Shown here: piece after piece, positions 18,001 to 30,605 of the stretch
Layout of the letters: every line of letters starts with the position of its first letter
Numbering within the stretch: position 1 is the stretch's first letter
Origin: Vitrella brassicaformis CCMP3155
Taxonomy: Eukaryota > Protista > Chromerida
Direction: 5' to 3'
Assembly: GCA_001179505.1 (NCBI GenBank)
Contig: CDMY01000283.1
Span: forward strand, 1 to 64,000
Length of the DNA: 64,000 bases
Program-made: the position numbers and the translations under genes
Notes under the pieces: model-generated
Told to the model about the DNA's origin: nothing
The model's input: the letters and a program-made list of their open reading frames with translations, nothing else
Databases searched by the model: none

Positions 18001-19336
18001 TGGCACCGCTGGATGGCCGCAAACACACAAGTCGCCAGCATGATGAGGCCGTACACGATAAAGCCCATGTGCTGCGCCGCCTTTTGGAAGGCCTCGATGC
18101 TGCCATACGGGTGATCGACGCCCCCGATGCTCACAGAGCCGAAACTCCCTTTGGCTGTGGTCCTCGCCGCACCACCACCGCCCACAAGCTGTCGCTTGTG
18201 GACGACCGTCATCTCAGTCATGTTGCCACTAAAAGGGTTTGTCGACAGCTCTCCCCTGTGCTCTCTGAGCGCGTCGGCATATATCTTGACAGAGCATCCA
18301 TGAGGCTGCGAGTTGGCGTTGTCCGACACGGGGGTGGTGAAGTAAAGGGTGAGCGAGGCCATCAGGAGGATGAAGCCGCACCAGCCGATGAAGACGATGA
18401 AGTTCATGTAGAGCCCCAGCCCCACACCCGCGATGTTTGAGCGGTGCATGTCCGTGAGGATGTCGTAGAGTGGCTGGTGGGGCTCCCTGTGGTCACGGTA
18501 CTTGGAAAAGGACCTATGCCGCTCTGCATGCTCAAGCACAACACGATTCCTGCGCAACAAGCAGGGAGGGAGGGGGAGTGGCGGACACGTATACACATCA
18601 TGATGTGGGTTGGCCCTTGATTGGATTGCTGGCTGACTTGGGGGTTGCGCAGCAGAGCATGATGGCTACGTATGTGATGAGTGCCACAATAGCAGCTGCG
18701 GCGGCGATCATCATGGTGGAGAACACAAGACTCAGCCAGTGAGTGCAGGTGGCGCCATCCTCACTCAGGCTAAAGCCATCACGGCCTGCACGCTTTAAGT
18801 AAGATGCCGCAAGTTTTCTCTTCTGGTCGATCTTACATTTGTAGCATTTGTGTTTGTATCTGCACTCCTTGCAGCCGCTGACCCCACACGGCTCACACAG
18901 GAGGTTCTCAGGGTCAGGCAGCCGCGTCTCTGACCACACACACACGCACACAGCACACACGCACCCGCACAAACATATGGATGGCCCGTCCCCCTTTTTG
19001 ATGCACTTATGCACACCTGGGTTGTATACTCTGCACTCGTGGGGCTCCAGGCACAGCGCCGCACCTGCACAAGGAAGCGTCACGAGGCAACCGATGAGAC
19101 AATCATGGACCACATCAGTGAGAGGCTCTCCTACACTTCCAGAAGGGGTCGGGGGCGATGTATAAGCACTCGGGGGGGCACTGGTAGGCCCCGATGTGGA
19201 AGGTCCGGCGGCACTCGGCCACAGGAAGGGCCGACAGGTTGCTGGCCAGGGATGTGGCAGGGCGCTGCAGCAGCAGTGCAACAGACGCCAGCAGCAGCCA
19301 ACACATCATTCTGTGATCCCGAATACCCATGGCCAT
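15007..19336 (-). CDS. OSCA/TMEM63 (CSC1-like; TMC superfamily) channel with a signal peptide and Cys-rich N-terminal ectodomain
   Basis: About 10 hydrophobic segments. GVGLGLYMNFIVFIGW; NYVALARGFPRDATYEEEIRTYFEKLLGQDIVGVSIAYD; GYAFVVF; FPMEPTMIQWENFGLG, matching the family PEPxDIxWENL motif; DKWLFLRHSK. Signal-peptide-like MMCWLLLASVALLLQ followed by CxxC-rich exons. Confidence 0.8.
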
Positions 19337-19489
19337 GGGAAAGCCTTCCTCAGTTTTCAAAAAGCTCGCACCGCTACTCAGAACTAGTAAGCGCGCAGGG
19401 ACCTCGTGCAGTCGGTTCTCTCATCCTTGCCACTCTCTGGTCCAGATCTGCATCGCCGGGAGGCCTGTTATGAGTCGAAATCATTGATC

Positions 19490-20008
19490 ATGGTGACGAT
19501 TCGCTTGCTGAGTGTGGATGACCTGTTCAAGTTCAACAACGTCAACCTGGACGCCTTCACCGAGACCTTCCGCACCGACTTCTACCTCCACTACCTCACC
19601 AACTGGCCCGAGTGCTGCGTCGTCGCAGCCACACCTGACGACACCATCGCGGGATACATCATCGGCAAGGTCGAGGGCTCAAATGACAGCTGGCATGGCC
19701 ACGTGACGGCGCTGTCCATCGCGCCCGACTTCCGCAAGACCGGCCTGGCCCAGCGGCTGATGGCGTACCTGGAGGACGTGTGTGACCGGATCCACGGGTG
19801 CTTCTTCATGGACCTGTTTGTGCGGCCGAGCAACACTGTGGCGGTGCGGTTCTACCGGAAGCTGGGGTACGTCGTGTGGCGGGTGGTGAGCGGGTATTAC
19901 AGCGGGAGTGAGGACGCCTATGACATGCGGAGGCCCCTGGCCAGGGACCGGGACGGCAAGAGCATCGCTGACGCCCATGACTTCAAGACCAGGGGGATCA
20001 AGGCGTGA
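19490..20008 (+). CDS. NAA20: N-alpha-acetyltransferase 20 (NatB catalytic subunit), intronless
   Basis: MVTIRLLSVDDLFKFNNVNLDAFTETF...YLHYLTNWPE...GYIIGKVEG...WHGHVTALSIAPDFRKTGLAQRLM...DLFVRPSNTVAVRFYRKLGY...YYSGSEDAYDMR. Confidence 0.95.
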   Translation: MVTIRLLSVDDLFKFNNVNLDAFTETFRTDFYLHYLTNWPECCVVAATPDDTIAGYIIGKVEGSNDSWHGHVTALSIAPDFRKTGLAQRLMAYLEDVCDRIHGCFFMDLFVRPSNTVAVRFYRKLGYVVWRVVSGYYSGSEDAYDMRRPLARDRDGKSIADAHDFKTRGIKA

Positions 20009-20821
20009 CTAGCGTACGTGTGTATGTGTGTCCGATGGATGGGTGTGGGTGGTCTGTATAGCGGTCGGTGCGGAGGGTGGGTAGGTAGATTGGTTGGGGG
20101 ATTCATTGCCATCAATGACTGACTGCACAAATCGTTTGGATGAATAAATCCGTTGACACAGTCTGCAAGCCAGGCTGGACACACGCCCTCCCCAGCCCAG
20201 GCCTTGTTGAGTGTGTCTGCGAGGGCTTGACAGGACGGCGGCCATGGACGTGAGAGCCATCCGTGTGCTGACACGAAAAGCCCCCGCGTCCAAGACCGCC
20301 ATCCCACACACACCTCAACACAGCAACAGAGGGATCTTTTGGTACTTCCACACAAACCACCGGCATATCGACGAACGATACCAAAAGATCGCACGCCTAA
20401 TTCTGCTTGTCAGGAAAAGGACACTGTCTTGCTTCATGTGTCTGTGGGCATCGATGCCTTGGGCGTCAACAACGGCGGTGCCAATACAGCGACCCGACAG
20501 ATCTGTGTCGGGCCGTGTATTGTCATCGCTGCTGCCGACGCACAAAGCGACCAATGCCGCGACACACAGAGCGTCCATCGTGTGCATAAAGGAACCAATC
20601 ACCGCACACACAGAGAGATCACACACACAGGTAGATAAGCGAGACAGCTGGGGAGAGGGAGAGAAACCACTGCGAGCGTGCGTCTGTTGACGGCTCGCCT
20701 GCGTCCACACACACACACACACACACACACATAGACGACACATACAAGGAAAACTCCTTCCACAAACAAGCAAAGAAACTACCAACCAGCATTGAAAGCG
20801 ACAACACAACAGGATGGCACG

Positions 20822-23800
20822 TCAGAGCTTCGCCATAGGCCCCCCACCGACCCCGGCCGCGTTGTTGGTGTCGGCGCCCTCGTATATCTCGTTGACGAGG
20901 GCGTTGTACTTCTGCAGCACCACCGGCCGCTTGAGCTTCAGGGTGGGCGTCAGCTCGCCAGACGCCACGGTGAAGTCGGCAGGCAACACGCGCCACTTGC
21001 GGATCTGCTGCGCACTGCATGGACGACACACGGGGAGAGAGATGTGTCTGTGTGTGCTGGTGTGCTGGTGTGTGTGTTATTGACAGCTTCCTGACCGTGA
21101 AGTGGCTCTGCTGTTGACCCGCTGGATGCCCTCAGCCAGCAGCTCCTGAATCACCTGCAAATCGACGGACCATCTCCCTTCCTCCCGCCCCCATGCCATG
21201 TGTGTGAGAGCCCAGCCTAGGTTAGGCACTGTACCGGGTGTGTTGCAGCGGCCCTGACGCTGGTTGGTGGGTTGGCGACCCCCCGTGTGCGCATGAGCTT
21301 GGCCACGTCAACGCTGAGGGTGTCGGTCGGCTGCATGTTCTCGTCCACCTCTGACTTGAGGCACACCAGCAGCGACAAGAAGGGCTTCCTGTCCCCTATC
21401 AGCTGACAGTTGCTCAGGAACGGCATCTCCTCCTGACGAACAAGACAGACAGGGGCAATATCAGCAATCAGCAGCAGGGTACACCACGTCATGACCGTGT
21501 GTAAGGTTTTAAGGGAGAGGGAGGGTCTGGCGTGCTGACCATACTTTGCAAATGTTTTCGATGAGAACTGGCGGGATGTTCTCGCCTCCTGCCGTGATGA
21601 GCAGCTCCTTGATGCGGCCAGTGATGTAGAGAAACCTGCACACCACACCACACCACACCACACCACACCGACACACACGTCTTTGTCGGCCTGTTTGTTT
21701 GTCCTTCCCCCACCCATCCATCCGTCTACTCACTCACCCGTCGCTGTCGGTGTATCCGATGTCGCCCGAGTGCAGAAAGCCGTGCGAGTCGATCGTCTGA
21801 CGAGACGCCTGATCGATGCACACACACATCGCCTGTCTCTGCGAGTGTCGGCTTTTCCAACTGCACCCACCTCTTCATTCTTGAAGTAGCCCATGAAGAC
21901 GTTGCGGCCCCGCCAGCAGATCTCACCGTGACCACGGGCTGATCGTCACACACACACGCGCACCTCAATCACACACACATTGAGAGAGACAAGCGGTCCG
22001 TCTGGGGGGACGTACCATCAGGGTGATCTATCCTCAGTTGCGTGCCGGACAATGTCTGGCCGGGAGACCCAACACGGAACCTATATAACACATTGATTGA
22101 CACAGAAAGAAGAGCGAGTAGAGAAAAGATGAGAACCATCCCCCCATCCCTCTCACCCACCAGCCACCCCCAACTAACTGCCTGACATACCTTTTGGGTA
22201 TGTTGATGTTGAGTGTGGATGGCCCGGGCGACTCGGACATGCCGTACATGTCACAGATGGGGATGCCCAGCGACAGAAAGTACTCCTGCGTCGCCTTGGG
22301 CAGCGGAGCCGCACCCGCACCGAACCCGCGACACCTGTCGAAACCCAACGCCTCGCGAACCTTACTGAACACCTGCAAAGTGGGGGCATATCGATATAGA
22401 GGGAGGGAGAGGGGTTAGTGGCTTTTCCGACGTGCATGTGGCTGTCTGTCTGTCTGTGTGGGTTACTTACCAGGCGTTCGGCGATGGAGAATCCGAAAGG
22501 CACTTTGTCGCCCTCCAGCAGGGCATTGGTGCCCCGGCTGCCCACCGCCTTGGCCCACTCAGCCAACCGCTTACGCAAACCTGTCGACTACACACACACA
22601 AAAGAGAAACACACACACAGACACACACACGGAGAGAGATATATATATCGTGTCTGCCCTGCCTGCGGGAAGACCCCTCCCTCACCGATTGATTCGACTT
22701 ACCTGTGCGCCGATGGCCTTCATTTTCTCTTCGATTTTCTCCCATATCCGTGGTGGTGCGAAGAAGAAGGTCGGCCGCACCTCCCGCACCGTGTCCATGA
22801 GGGTGCCCCTGAGGGCGTCCGGGGCCGCAAAGAATACGGCCATGCCACTGGCCAAAGGGATGAACACATCTATCATCTAGTGGACACAGACAGCACAAAG
22901 ACAGACAGACAGACAGACAGGGAAAGGAAAGACGTCAGTCACCGTACCGTCTGGTTGTACCATACCTGTCCGGCTATGTGTGAGAGAGGGAGGTAGGACA
23001 CGGCGCAGTCGTCGTTGTCGTACTTAGCCGAGGCGGTGCACTGGCCGGCCACCCAGGTCATGTTGTCGTGCGACAGCATCACGCCCTTCGGCACACCAGT
23101 CGTCCCACTCGTGTAGCACAGCGAACAGCACTGCAGCCATCCGTCAAGCCATCCACACCACAGACAGAGTGTCTGTCTGTTTGCCGGCCGATCGACCAAG
23201 CCACGAGTGCCTTCCTTACCTGTCCAGGCCTGGCGGCCTCCATCCGTGCAGTGAGGTCCCTCTCCCTCACTGCGGCGCTCTTGGCCATGAAGTCGTCCCA
23301 GAACAGCACCGTCACCGAACTCATTGCCGGGTCCAGATCTGCCAATGCAGGCGGCCTCTCGGCGTACATGACCACCACCCGCAGCGTCTTGGCCCTTCCC
23401 TGCCGCTTCAGCGTCGCCACCTTGTTGAGCTGCTCGACCGTGTCGATGACCAGCACGGGCGCCTCGGTGTCCTCGAGGATGTGCCCCACAGCGTCGGCCT
23501 GGTTGGTCGTGTAGATGCCCACAGAGATGCCGTGGGCGAACATCGCCCCCAGCTCGGCTATGAACCACGCCGGCGCGTTGTAGCCCAGGATGCACACTCG
23601 CGCGTAGTCGGGGAAGCCGACAGCAATGAGGCCCTTGGCGAAACGGCAGACTTCGTTCCAGAACTGCTGCCACGTGAGGCTCTCCCACGGCGTGTTGGGC
23701 TGCCCGTAAGCCTTCTGCCAGAACAGCGCCGCCCGCGTCTTGTACCGCCTCACCGTGTCAGCAAACGACTCGATGACGGTGATTGGCGCCTCGCTGCCGG

Positions 23801-24002
23801 GGCCGTAGTCGGCCACGCGGATGGGCAGCTCCGTGGCGACGTCTGTGGTCCAGAAGACGTTCCTGCCGCCGGTCTCGTGGGCGTTTTTGACGAGTTGGTG
23901 GATGGAGAGGCGCGCGGAGAGGTCGGGGGGGAAAGAGGTGGCCTCGGTGGACAGCACAGTGCCCGCGGGGGGCGGCTCGTGGGGGTACACGATGGACACC
24001 AT
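20822..24002 (-). CDS. ACSBG: Long-chain-fatty-acid--CoA ligase, bubblegum (ACSBG) type
   Basis: AMP-binding motif [82 protein letters not shown] likely 5'-UTR intron precedes the ATG at 24002. Confidence 0.93.
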
Positions 24003-24432
24003 GCTGAGAGAGGGAACACAGAGCACACGCAACACATCCATGCAGGTGACCTCTCTGTGGAGCTCTTCTGGCGGACATGCACACCTTGAAGCAGAGAGAC
24101 CGAGTTGCCCGCCTGCCTATGATCTCATGCGACGAGCCTGGCCTGCATCGGATGCATCCACAGACACACACATCGATTCGGTGCTCGTTAGTGCTCCCTC
24201 CCTCCTTCCCCCTCCGCGTGTGCCCTTCCTGCACGCACCGTCAATGCCCTCGCCTCACGTGTCTAAAGAGAAAAACAGCCGAAAGATGTGCGAGCTCAGA
24301 TTGCAGATCTCAAGGTGAGAAAGTGGCTGATGTGACCGCCCATCTATCGGCAACTGCTGCTGCTGCTCGCCTTCTCTCACAAAACGTGGCTTGCCGCCGG
24401 GCGCAGAGCCGCCATCTGTCACATGAGAGGCC

Positions 24433-27267
24433 ATGTTCGGTGCGTCGCGGAAGCCGCCATTACCCCAGCAGCCGCGCCCCAAGGCGTCAGCACCGCCCCG
24501 CCAGCCGCCACCGCCACACTCGCCGCCAGAGCTGGACGACGAAACACTTGATCTGGCCTTGAGCTCCGGGCTGCTCTCGCCCCGTTCCACAAGCACTGCC
24601 ATATGGGTGCCAGCATCACCGTCGCCGTCGGTGTGCCCGCAGCCGAGCGAGGCCGAGTCGACGCTTTTTTCTCTGGAGGGCATGGAGACAAACACAGACG
24701 CCGACACGAGGGCGCCCTCTGAGGCCTCGTCCGTGAGACGGTCGACCCTCTGCGGCAAGGATGTGGAGCGGTCCACCGAGTCGCTGCCGATGCCATCGCC
24801 TTCGCCAGTGCCGCTGCCCCTACCACCGAGAAATGGCGGTCGGGGTGTTGGTGGGGTTGAGCGGCCGTACCCGATTGGTGGTGAAGGTGCCGGGGGATTG
24901 TTGTCCTCCTCATCGGTGGTGCCATCGCCTGTGGGTGTCAACACGGTGGCGTTGCCGGACGCGTCGCCCGAGTTTGGCTCCAGGATGAGGGAGCGGAAAA
25001 GACACGCCGACATGGGTAAGCCGGGGAGGGAGGGAGGGAGGGGAGATGACCGCTGTTCATCTCATCTAAACAGCCCTCCCTGTCTTCTTGTCTGTCTGTC
25101 TGTGTATGCCACCTCGCATCGCATCGCATCCATGGCAGCCCCTTCCTATGAGAACACCCCCGTGCGGAGCCACACCGACGCCAGCTTCAGCAGGCCCACC
25201 TTCCTACCCACAGGAGCCGCCCACTTCGAGAACAGCCCCGACCTCAACCTCGACGCCGTCCTGAGTCTTCTCGAGTCGGGCGACCCCGACTTCGACATCG
25301 ACATGGACACACTGCGCTCGCTCTACGACAAGGAAGGCATCCCATACGAGGATGACGGGCCGTCATCCTCAGCTGCAGCAGCCAACGCCCACCCACCACC
25401 ACAGCGCCCCGCCCCCGCCTCACCCCCTGCAGAAGAGCCACCATCACAGACAGCAGAGCCCCCGACACACCCAGCCACTCCCTTGGACGGCCAGCCAGCG
25501 GCTTCCAGCAACGCGAGAGACCCCCTGACCATCGGCAGGCTGGCCATCTGGGAGAGGGGGCGGGAGGGGGAGCACGACATCCTGAGGGGGAGACGACACC
25601 GGCTGCTGACGGGTACGGAGGAGTCAGAGTACGAGGCCACGGTCACCTCTCTGAGCAGCGACCGTGCGAGCTCCACAAGCGAGGAGACCGCCAAGCACTG
25701 CTGGGTGGCTGGGGGTGAAGGTGACGGTGGTGGTGATGGTGATAGTGATGGTGAGCCACCAGGTTCTCTCCCGCCGCCCATCGGCATCATGGCAGATGAG
25801 CCGCTCAGCCCGGCATCACGATTGAGGTACGCGTGTGTGTGTGTGTGTGAACGAGAGAGGAGAAGAGCATAGAGGTGGCTGGACCGGATGATCGATCGTG
25901 GCCGTGTGTGGCGTGCTGTACTGTGGTGTGTGTAGGGTGATAGAGGAGGCGTACTTCATCTACTGCCGGACGGGCATTGAGGACGCCGTCGCCAACTACA
26001 TGGACGTGAGTGAGGGAGTGCGGGCCACATATTAGATGCCAAAACGAGACGACAATGAGGCCATATATCCGCTTGGGTATCTATGTATGTGTTCGTTCAG
26101 GCTCTGCATGTGGAGCGAGCGCGTCGGGGGGTCCGTGTCCGACCACACAAACGCTTCACAGAGAGGTGTGTGGGGACGCCACACGAAGACAAGACGGCTG
26201 GCTGCAGTCTGTCTTCCTTCCATCCATTCCCTCTCTCTCTGTCCATGGCTGCACTGCACTGCATGTGTGTGTCCACAGGGTGCTTGAGCGTGCCTACATG
26301 ACCTACATCCGCACGGGCAGCCAAGACGCCCTCGCAAACTACTATGAGGTAAATCAACCCGCCGACCGAACAGACAGACACCCCCCCCTTCCGCCCTACA
26401 CATTCCCTTCTGCATCACTCACTCTCCCTGTGCAGGCCTTGCGGCAGGAGCCGCCCTCGCCCGTGCCAGTGTCGATCCCGCCGTCTCTGGTGGTGGCTGA
26501 GAGGGCGGGGGACGGGCGCGACGACCCTGAGACGACACCCGAGCCCCCGCAGCACACCACACTGCTCTACCTGCCTCTATACATACCCACCATTGAAGTC
26601 TTCGAACAAAGGTGGGTGGGCGACCAGACGGAGGGGAGAGAAGGGTGAGGGAGGTGTCTGTCCATTGCATTGCGGTCGGTGTCTTCCTTGCTCAGGGTGC
26701 TGGAGCGTGCGTACTTTCGGTGGCTCGACACGCGGTGTCAGGACGCCCTGCACAACTACTGCGAGGTCAGTCAGCTTGTGTATGCACCGACCGCACCGAC
26801 TGATGCCGACCTCCCAGCACTCAGTCACTCACATCCACCCGAAGCTTGCTTCCATGTTGTTTGGTGTGTAGGCGTTCTCGCGTGAGGTGTGGCTGCTGGT
26901 TGACTCGTTAAGGAGTTTCGACCCGCTGGCCTTCGGCGACCACCTGTTGGACTACGACAACGACCCCATCCAGCTCACGCCAGAGCGGATCTCCGACTTC
27001 AAAAACAGGTGAGCTGCATCGATGCGCTGTCCGGCGTGTGGAGGCATGGCATGGTGATGGTGTTTGTATAGGGTCGTGACGCGCGCATACTTTTTGTGGT
27101 TGGACACGATGGTTGACGACCAGTTCTACAACCATGCCTTGGTACGACAGCTTGCAACGACCACCACCCCACACGAGCTGGTTGATCCACCTTTGGCTCG
27201 TGTGTGTGTGCAGGCCTTCCGAAAGGAGCTTGGCATCCTCGTAGAGCACGCCGTCCAGGCACAATGA
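24433..27267 (+). CDS. Hypothetical protein: Pro/Ser-rich disordered N-terminus plus four copies of a 23-aa exon-encoded repeat
   Basis: Long ORF 24433-25872, then GT-AG exons encoding VIEEAYFIYCRTGIEDAVANYMD, VLERAYMTYIRTGSQDALANYYE, VLERAYFRWLDTRCQDALHNYCE and VVTRAYFLWLDTMVDDQFYNHAL. Ends AFRKELGILVEHAVQAQ*. Confidence 0.8.
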
Positions 27268-29537
27268 GGGAGGGGATCGCCACGTGATCCACATGACATC
27301 CATCGGTGAATGCCTCCCTTTTGTGGCCCGTCGCATGGCGTCCCTCCCTCCCTCCCTCCCTCTAGTACCGCCGATCCGATTGTTTTGTCACAGTCTTGAT
27401 TGATTCTTTTGTCCTTCGTCCCTCCCTCCCTCCCTCCCTCCGTCCTTGCGCGTGGTGCGTGTTATGTCGTGTTGTGCTGTGTCGTGGTGTGATAATCTAA
27501 AGGCGCCTCCTTTTGTTCGTCTGCGTGAGATTTTGCCGGTGTTCCGCAATGTACAGGTAGGCCTGCAGCCGGGGTGGACCGAGCAAGCATCAGTATCAGT
27601 GCAGATGATGGACCGATTTGGGGGCGGGGCGGAGCGGAGGGGAGGGGAAAGGGGGCAAATTTTGACTATGTGGGGTTCGGAGGGGTGGGTTGTCTTGTGA
27701 GTGTGTGGGTGTTTTTTGTTAGCCAGCCAGCCACCCGGCTGGCGACAGAGAGACGAGAAGATACAAGACTGCATGAAGGAGAGCACATCACATCACATCA
27801 CATCCATCCATCCCATCTGCCTCGGTGTGTGTCGGTGTGGTGTACCCTACGCTGGTGAGTGCAGTGCGTCCTCTCCTTCGTAATTTTATAGGTTTGTTTT
27901 TTCTCTCTCTCTCCCTTGCTATCCATCTGGCTGGGCTGGCTGGCCGATGGATGGATGGATGGATCCACAAGAATTGATGTCATGTCAGGCAGACAGACAG
28001 GCAGGGAGTGACGGACGGAGGGAGGGAGGCCGTGTGTCTGTCTGTCTGTCTGTCAGTCTGTTTGTGCAGTCATTCCATTCATATTGATATTTATTATGCT
28101 TACAGTGCGCGCGTGAGGGTGCTCTGTATTTTAAGCCGTTAATGGCGGAGGGAGGGAGGGAGGGAGGATGTTGCTGGCCGCTTTTGTCCGGGGGTGTGGT
28201 GTGGTGTGGTTTTGTGTATTGTGTGTTGTGTGTTGTGTACAGGGGAACTAGGTAGCTCTAACTAACTAACTCAGGTCGCTTGCTATGCCTCCCCTCCCTC
28301 CCTACCCGGCCCGGCTTGCATCCCACCCCCCGGGGCGGATCGATTCGACTGATGCGAGCCTCTTTTTTACCGATATGTACTTAGGTGAGTACATATGTTC
28401 TGTTATGTGTACCATGGCTTGTCATGCCTGGGATGGGCGGGTCAACGGATCGATGGATGCGATGGAGGGAGGCATCGCATGCATGGGTTTCAGTTTGGCT
28501 CTTTTGATGGACGGATGGATGGATCGACGGACGGATCGATGGATGCGTGTGAGCGTGTAGATGTATGTGGCTGATACGCGGACAGCCAGCCACACATACT
28601 ATCCGTGTGTTTGTTGTGTGTCTGGGATGTGTGTGTAAGAGGGAGGGAGCGGAGCAGCTGTTTTTGGCCGGGGTGGTGCGGGGTGGTGTGGTGTGGTGTG
28701 GTGCTGCTTTGGTGCTGGTGGTTGGGCTTTTGTAAGCTGCCTGCCTGCCTGAATGCCTGCTGTCTGAAATCTGTAAGCTAAGCTGTGCTGTGCTGCGGCA
28801 TATCTGTCTTTCTGTCTGTCTGATACCCACTACTATCTAGCGGATGCATCCCCGTACCATGTCGTGACTGCTTGGTGTCGAGTGTGTGAGATGTACGGTG
28901 CGTGGTCGGCTGCCCAGAGCTCGAGGGGACAGCCACCGTAAGTCGACTTGCCATGAAATGCATTTCACCCGCCAGCCGCCCGCCCGTCAGTGAGTCAGTG
29001 TTGCTGTTGTTGTGCTAGTATTTGTCTGCGTGGAAGTGTCCGTCCGTCCGTGTGTGTCTGCCTGTCTGCCTGTCCTGTGTCGCTCGTCTCGCGTCGTCTC
29101 GTCGCGTCCTCGTCTCGTCTCGCCTCGTCTTGCCTTGCCCAGCTTTTTCAGATCGGACGATCGATGGATGGTACAGTAGTGCGTGTCGCCTTGGTTGTCG
29201 TGTGGTCGTCTCACCACAAATCCGAGCGGAGAGAAGGAAGGGAGAGTTTGAGGGATGACGAGAGACTAGGAGAAGATGACGTGATGTGACGATTTGCCGA
29301 TGTCGGTTGTCCTCGTGTCAGCAATGTCCTTTCGCTGCTCTCTTGCTCGACAAGATGCCGCTGTCGCACCTGCCAGTGATATCTTCACGTGCATGAGGTC
29401 AGCGGAAGGGCATTCTGACCCGTGCCGACCGCTAAAGAGAGAAGAGGAGAAAGACGCCTGCCAGATTTCTCGGTTCATCTGGTTGACGCGTCTTGTGTGG
29501 TGCGGTGGTGCAATGGTGTGGTGCCGTGTGTCTATCT

Positions 29538-29632
29538 TTCACGACCGCTTCGCTGGCCGTGGGTGAAACGGAGATGGGCATCACTGCAATGCCCACCTCT
29601 CTTTAGGCTTCGGTCATCGAAGCGATCGTGAA
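29538..29632. other. Branched stem-loop (candidate structured RNA or tiny inverted-repeat element)
   Basis: 15-bp closing stem 29538-29552/29618-29632 with 1 mismatch. 11-bp inner stem 29571-29581/29589-29599 with 1 mismatch. Confidence 0.45.
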
Positions 29633-30605
29633 CGGGACATGGCATCGGTGGCCTCGAGTTCGGTGTGGAATGGTCCTCAATGGAACTTGACACAGACGCG
29701 CACTTCACTACACACGCGACCCGTCTGTCTGTCTGCCTGCCTGTCTGTCTGTCTGGATCTGTGTGTGTGTGTACGTGTTGTGTACGAGCCTCTTGCACCA
29801 TCGGAGGTCTGTATTTTTCTTCGTGTGTGTATCGTATCCATCCATTTCATCACTCACTCACTCATTCACTCCATCATTACCACCGTGTCCGTGTACATAG
29901 CTAACTGCCTGCCTGCCTGCTTGTCTACCATACGCCTGAGTGCTCTTCCTCACGCCTACCATGGCTACACCACTCTGTCTCTCGTCGCTTCATGCCATGT
30001 CATCCCATGCCACACCTGTCTGCCTATCTGTTCGTCTGTCTGGCTGTTTGTCGGTTGCTGCGTATCGCCTGTCGGCCTGACCGTTGTGTGCGCCTGTTTC
30101 AGCAGAGACGGCAAGTGTATCTCTTCCCTTCCCCGCGTCTGTCTGTCATGCTGGATCGTGCCCGTCATCCCTCCCACGTCCGATAGATACGTACACATTT
30201 CCATGCCCCGATGGCTCTCTCATCTCAATGCCCCTTGATCTGTCTTGTCTGCCTGTGCGTCTGAGTGTACGTGTGTGCGATTTTGGGCGTGCCACTCCAT
30301 CCACAGACCATGCATCCACACTTCGACAGCACTCAGACGCTGCATGCGCACCATGAGAATTAACCAACACCGGTCACCAGCAAACGAAGCTCTAGTCCAT
30401 CCGGCAGACGCCTCCAGCCGACAGATGCGATGAGTTCAGTCCCAGTGGATTCAGTCACGAAAACTCAACAGCTCGCATCGTTTCTCCGTCGTCGTGAGAA
30501 AGCGTGCGTGTGTTGAGTTGATGTGCAGCAGCTGATGGGAGTGTCGAAGAGTCGCCTGTATGTGCCGCAGCTGCCGCTGGATCGTGACTTCTTGTCGTCG
30601 TCCTG

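Noticed and set aside
20315-20809. Small minus-strand ORF with a signal-peptide-like MDALCVAALVALCV
   Set aside because: It lies in 3'-UTR-like, microsatellite-rich sequence with no recognisable homology or exon structure.
28253-28368. Pol III/vault-like RNA (TAGCTC, GATTCGA, T6 terminator)
   Set aside because: The box A and box B matches are poor, and such short motifs are expected by chance.
29538-29632. SECIS element (AUGA...AAA on the minus strand) or SRP RNA (GAAACGGAG)
   Set aside because: Helix II cannot form around the AUGA/GA quartet, the SRP helix-8 AGCAG partner is missing, and no selenoprotein gene is adjacent.
27300-30600. Numerous 60-200 aa ORFs in the ORF track
   Set aside because: They translate microsatellites (CVCV, HTHT, MDGW, SVCL) and show no coding-like composition or domain signatures.
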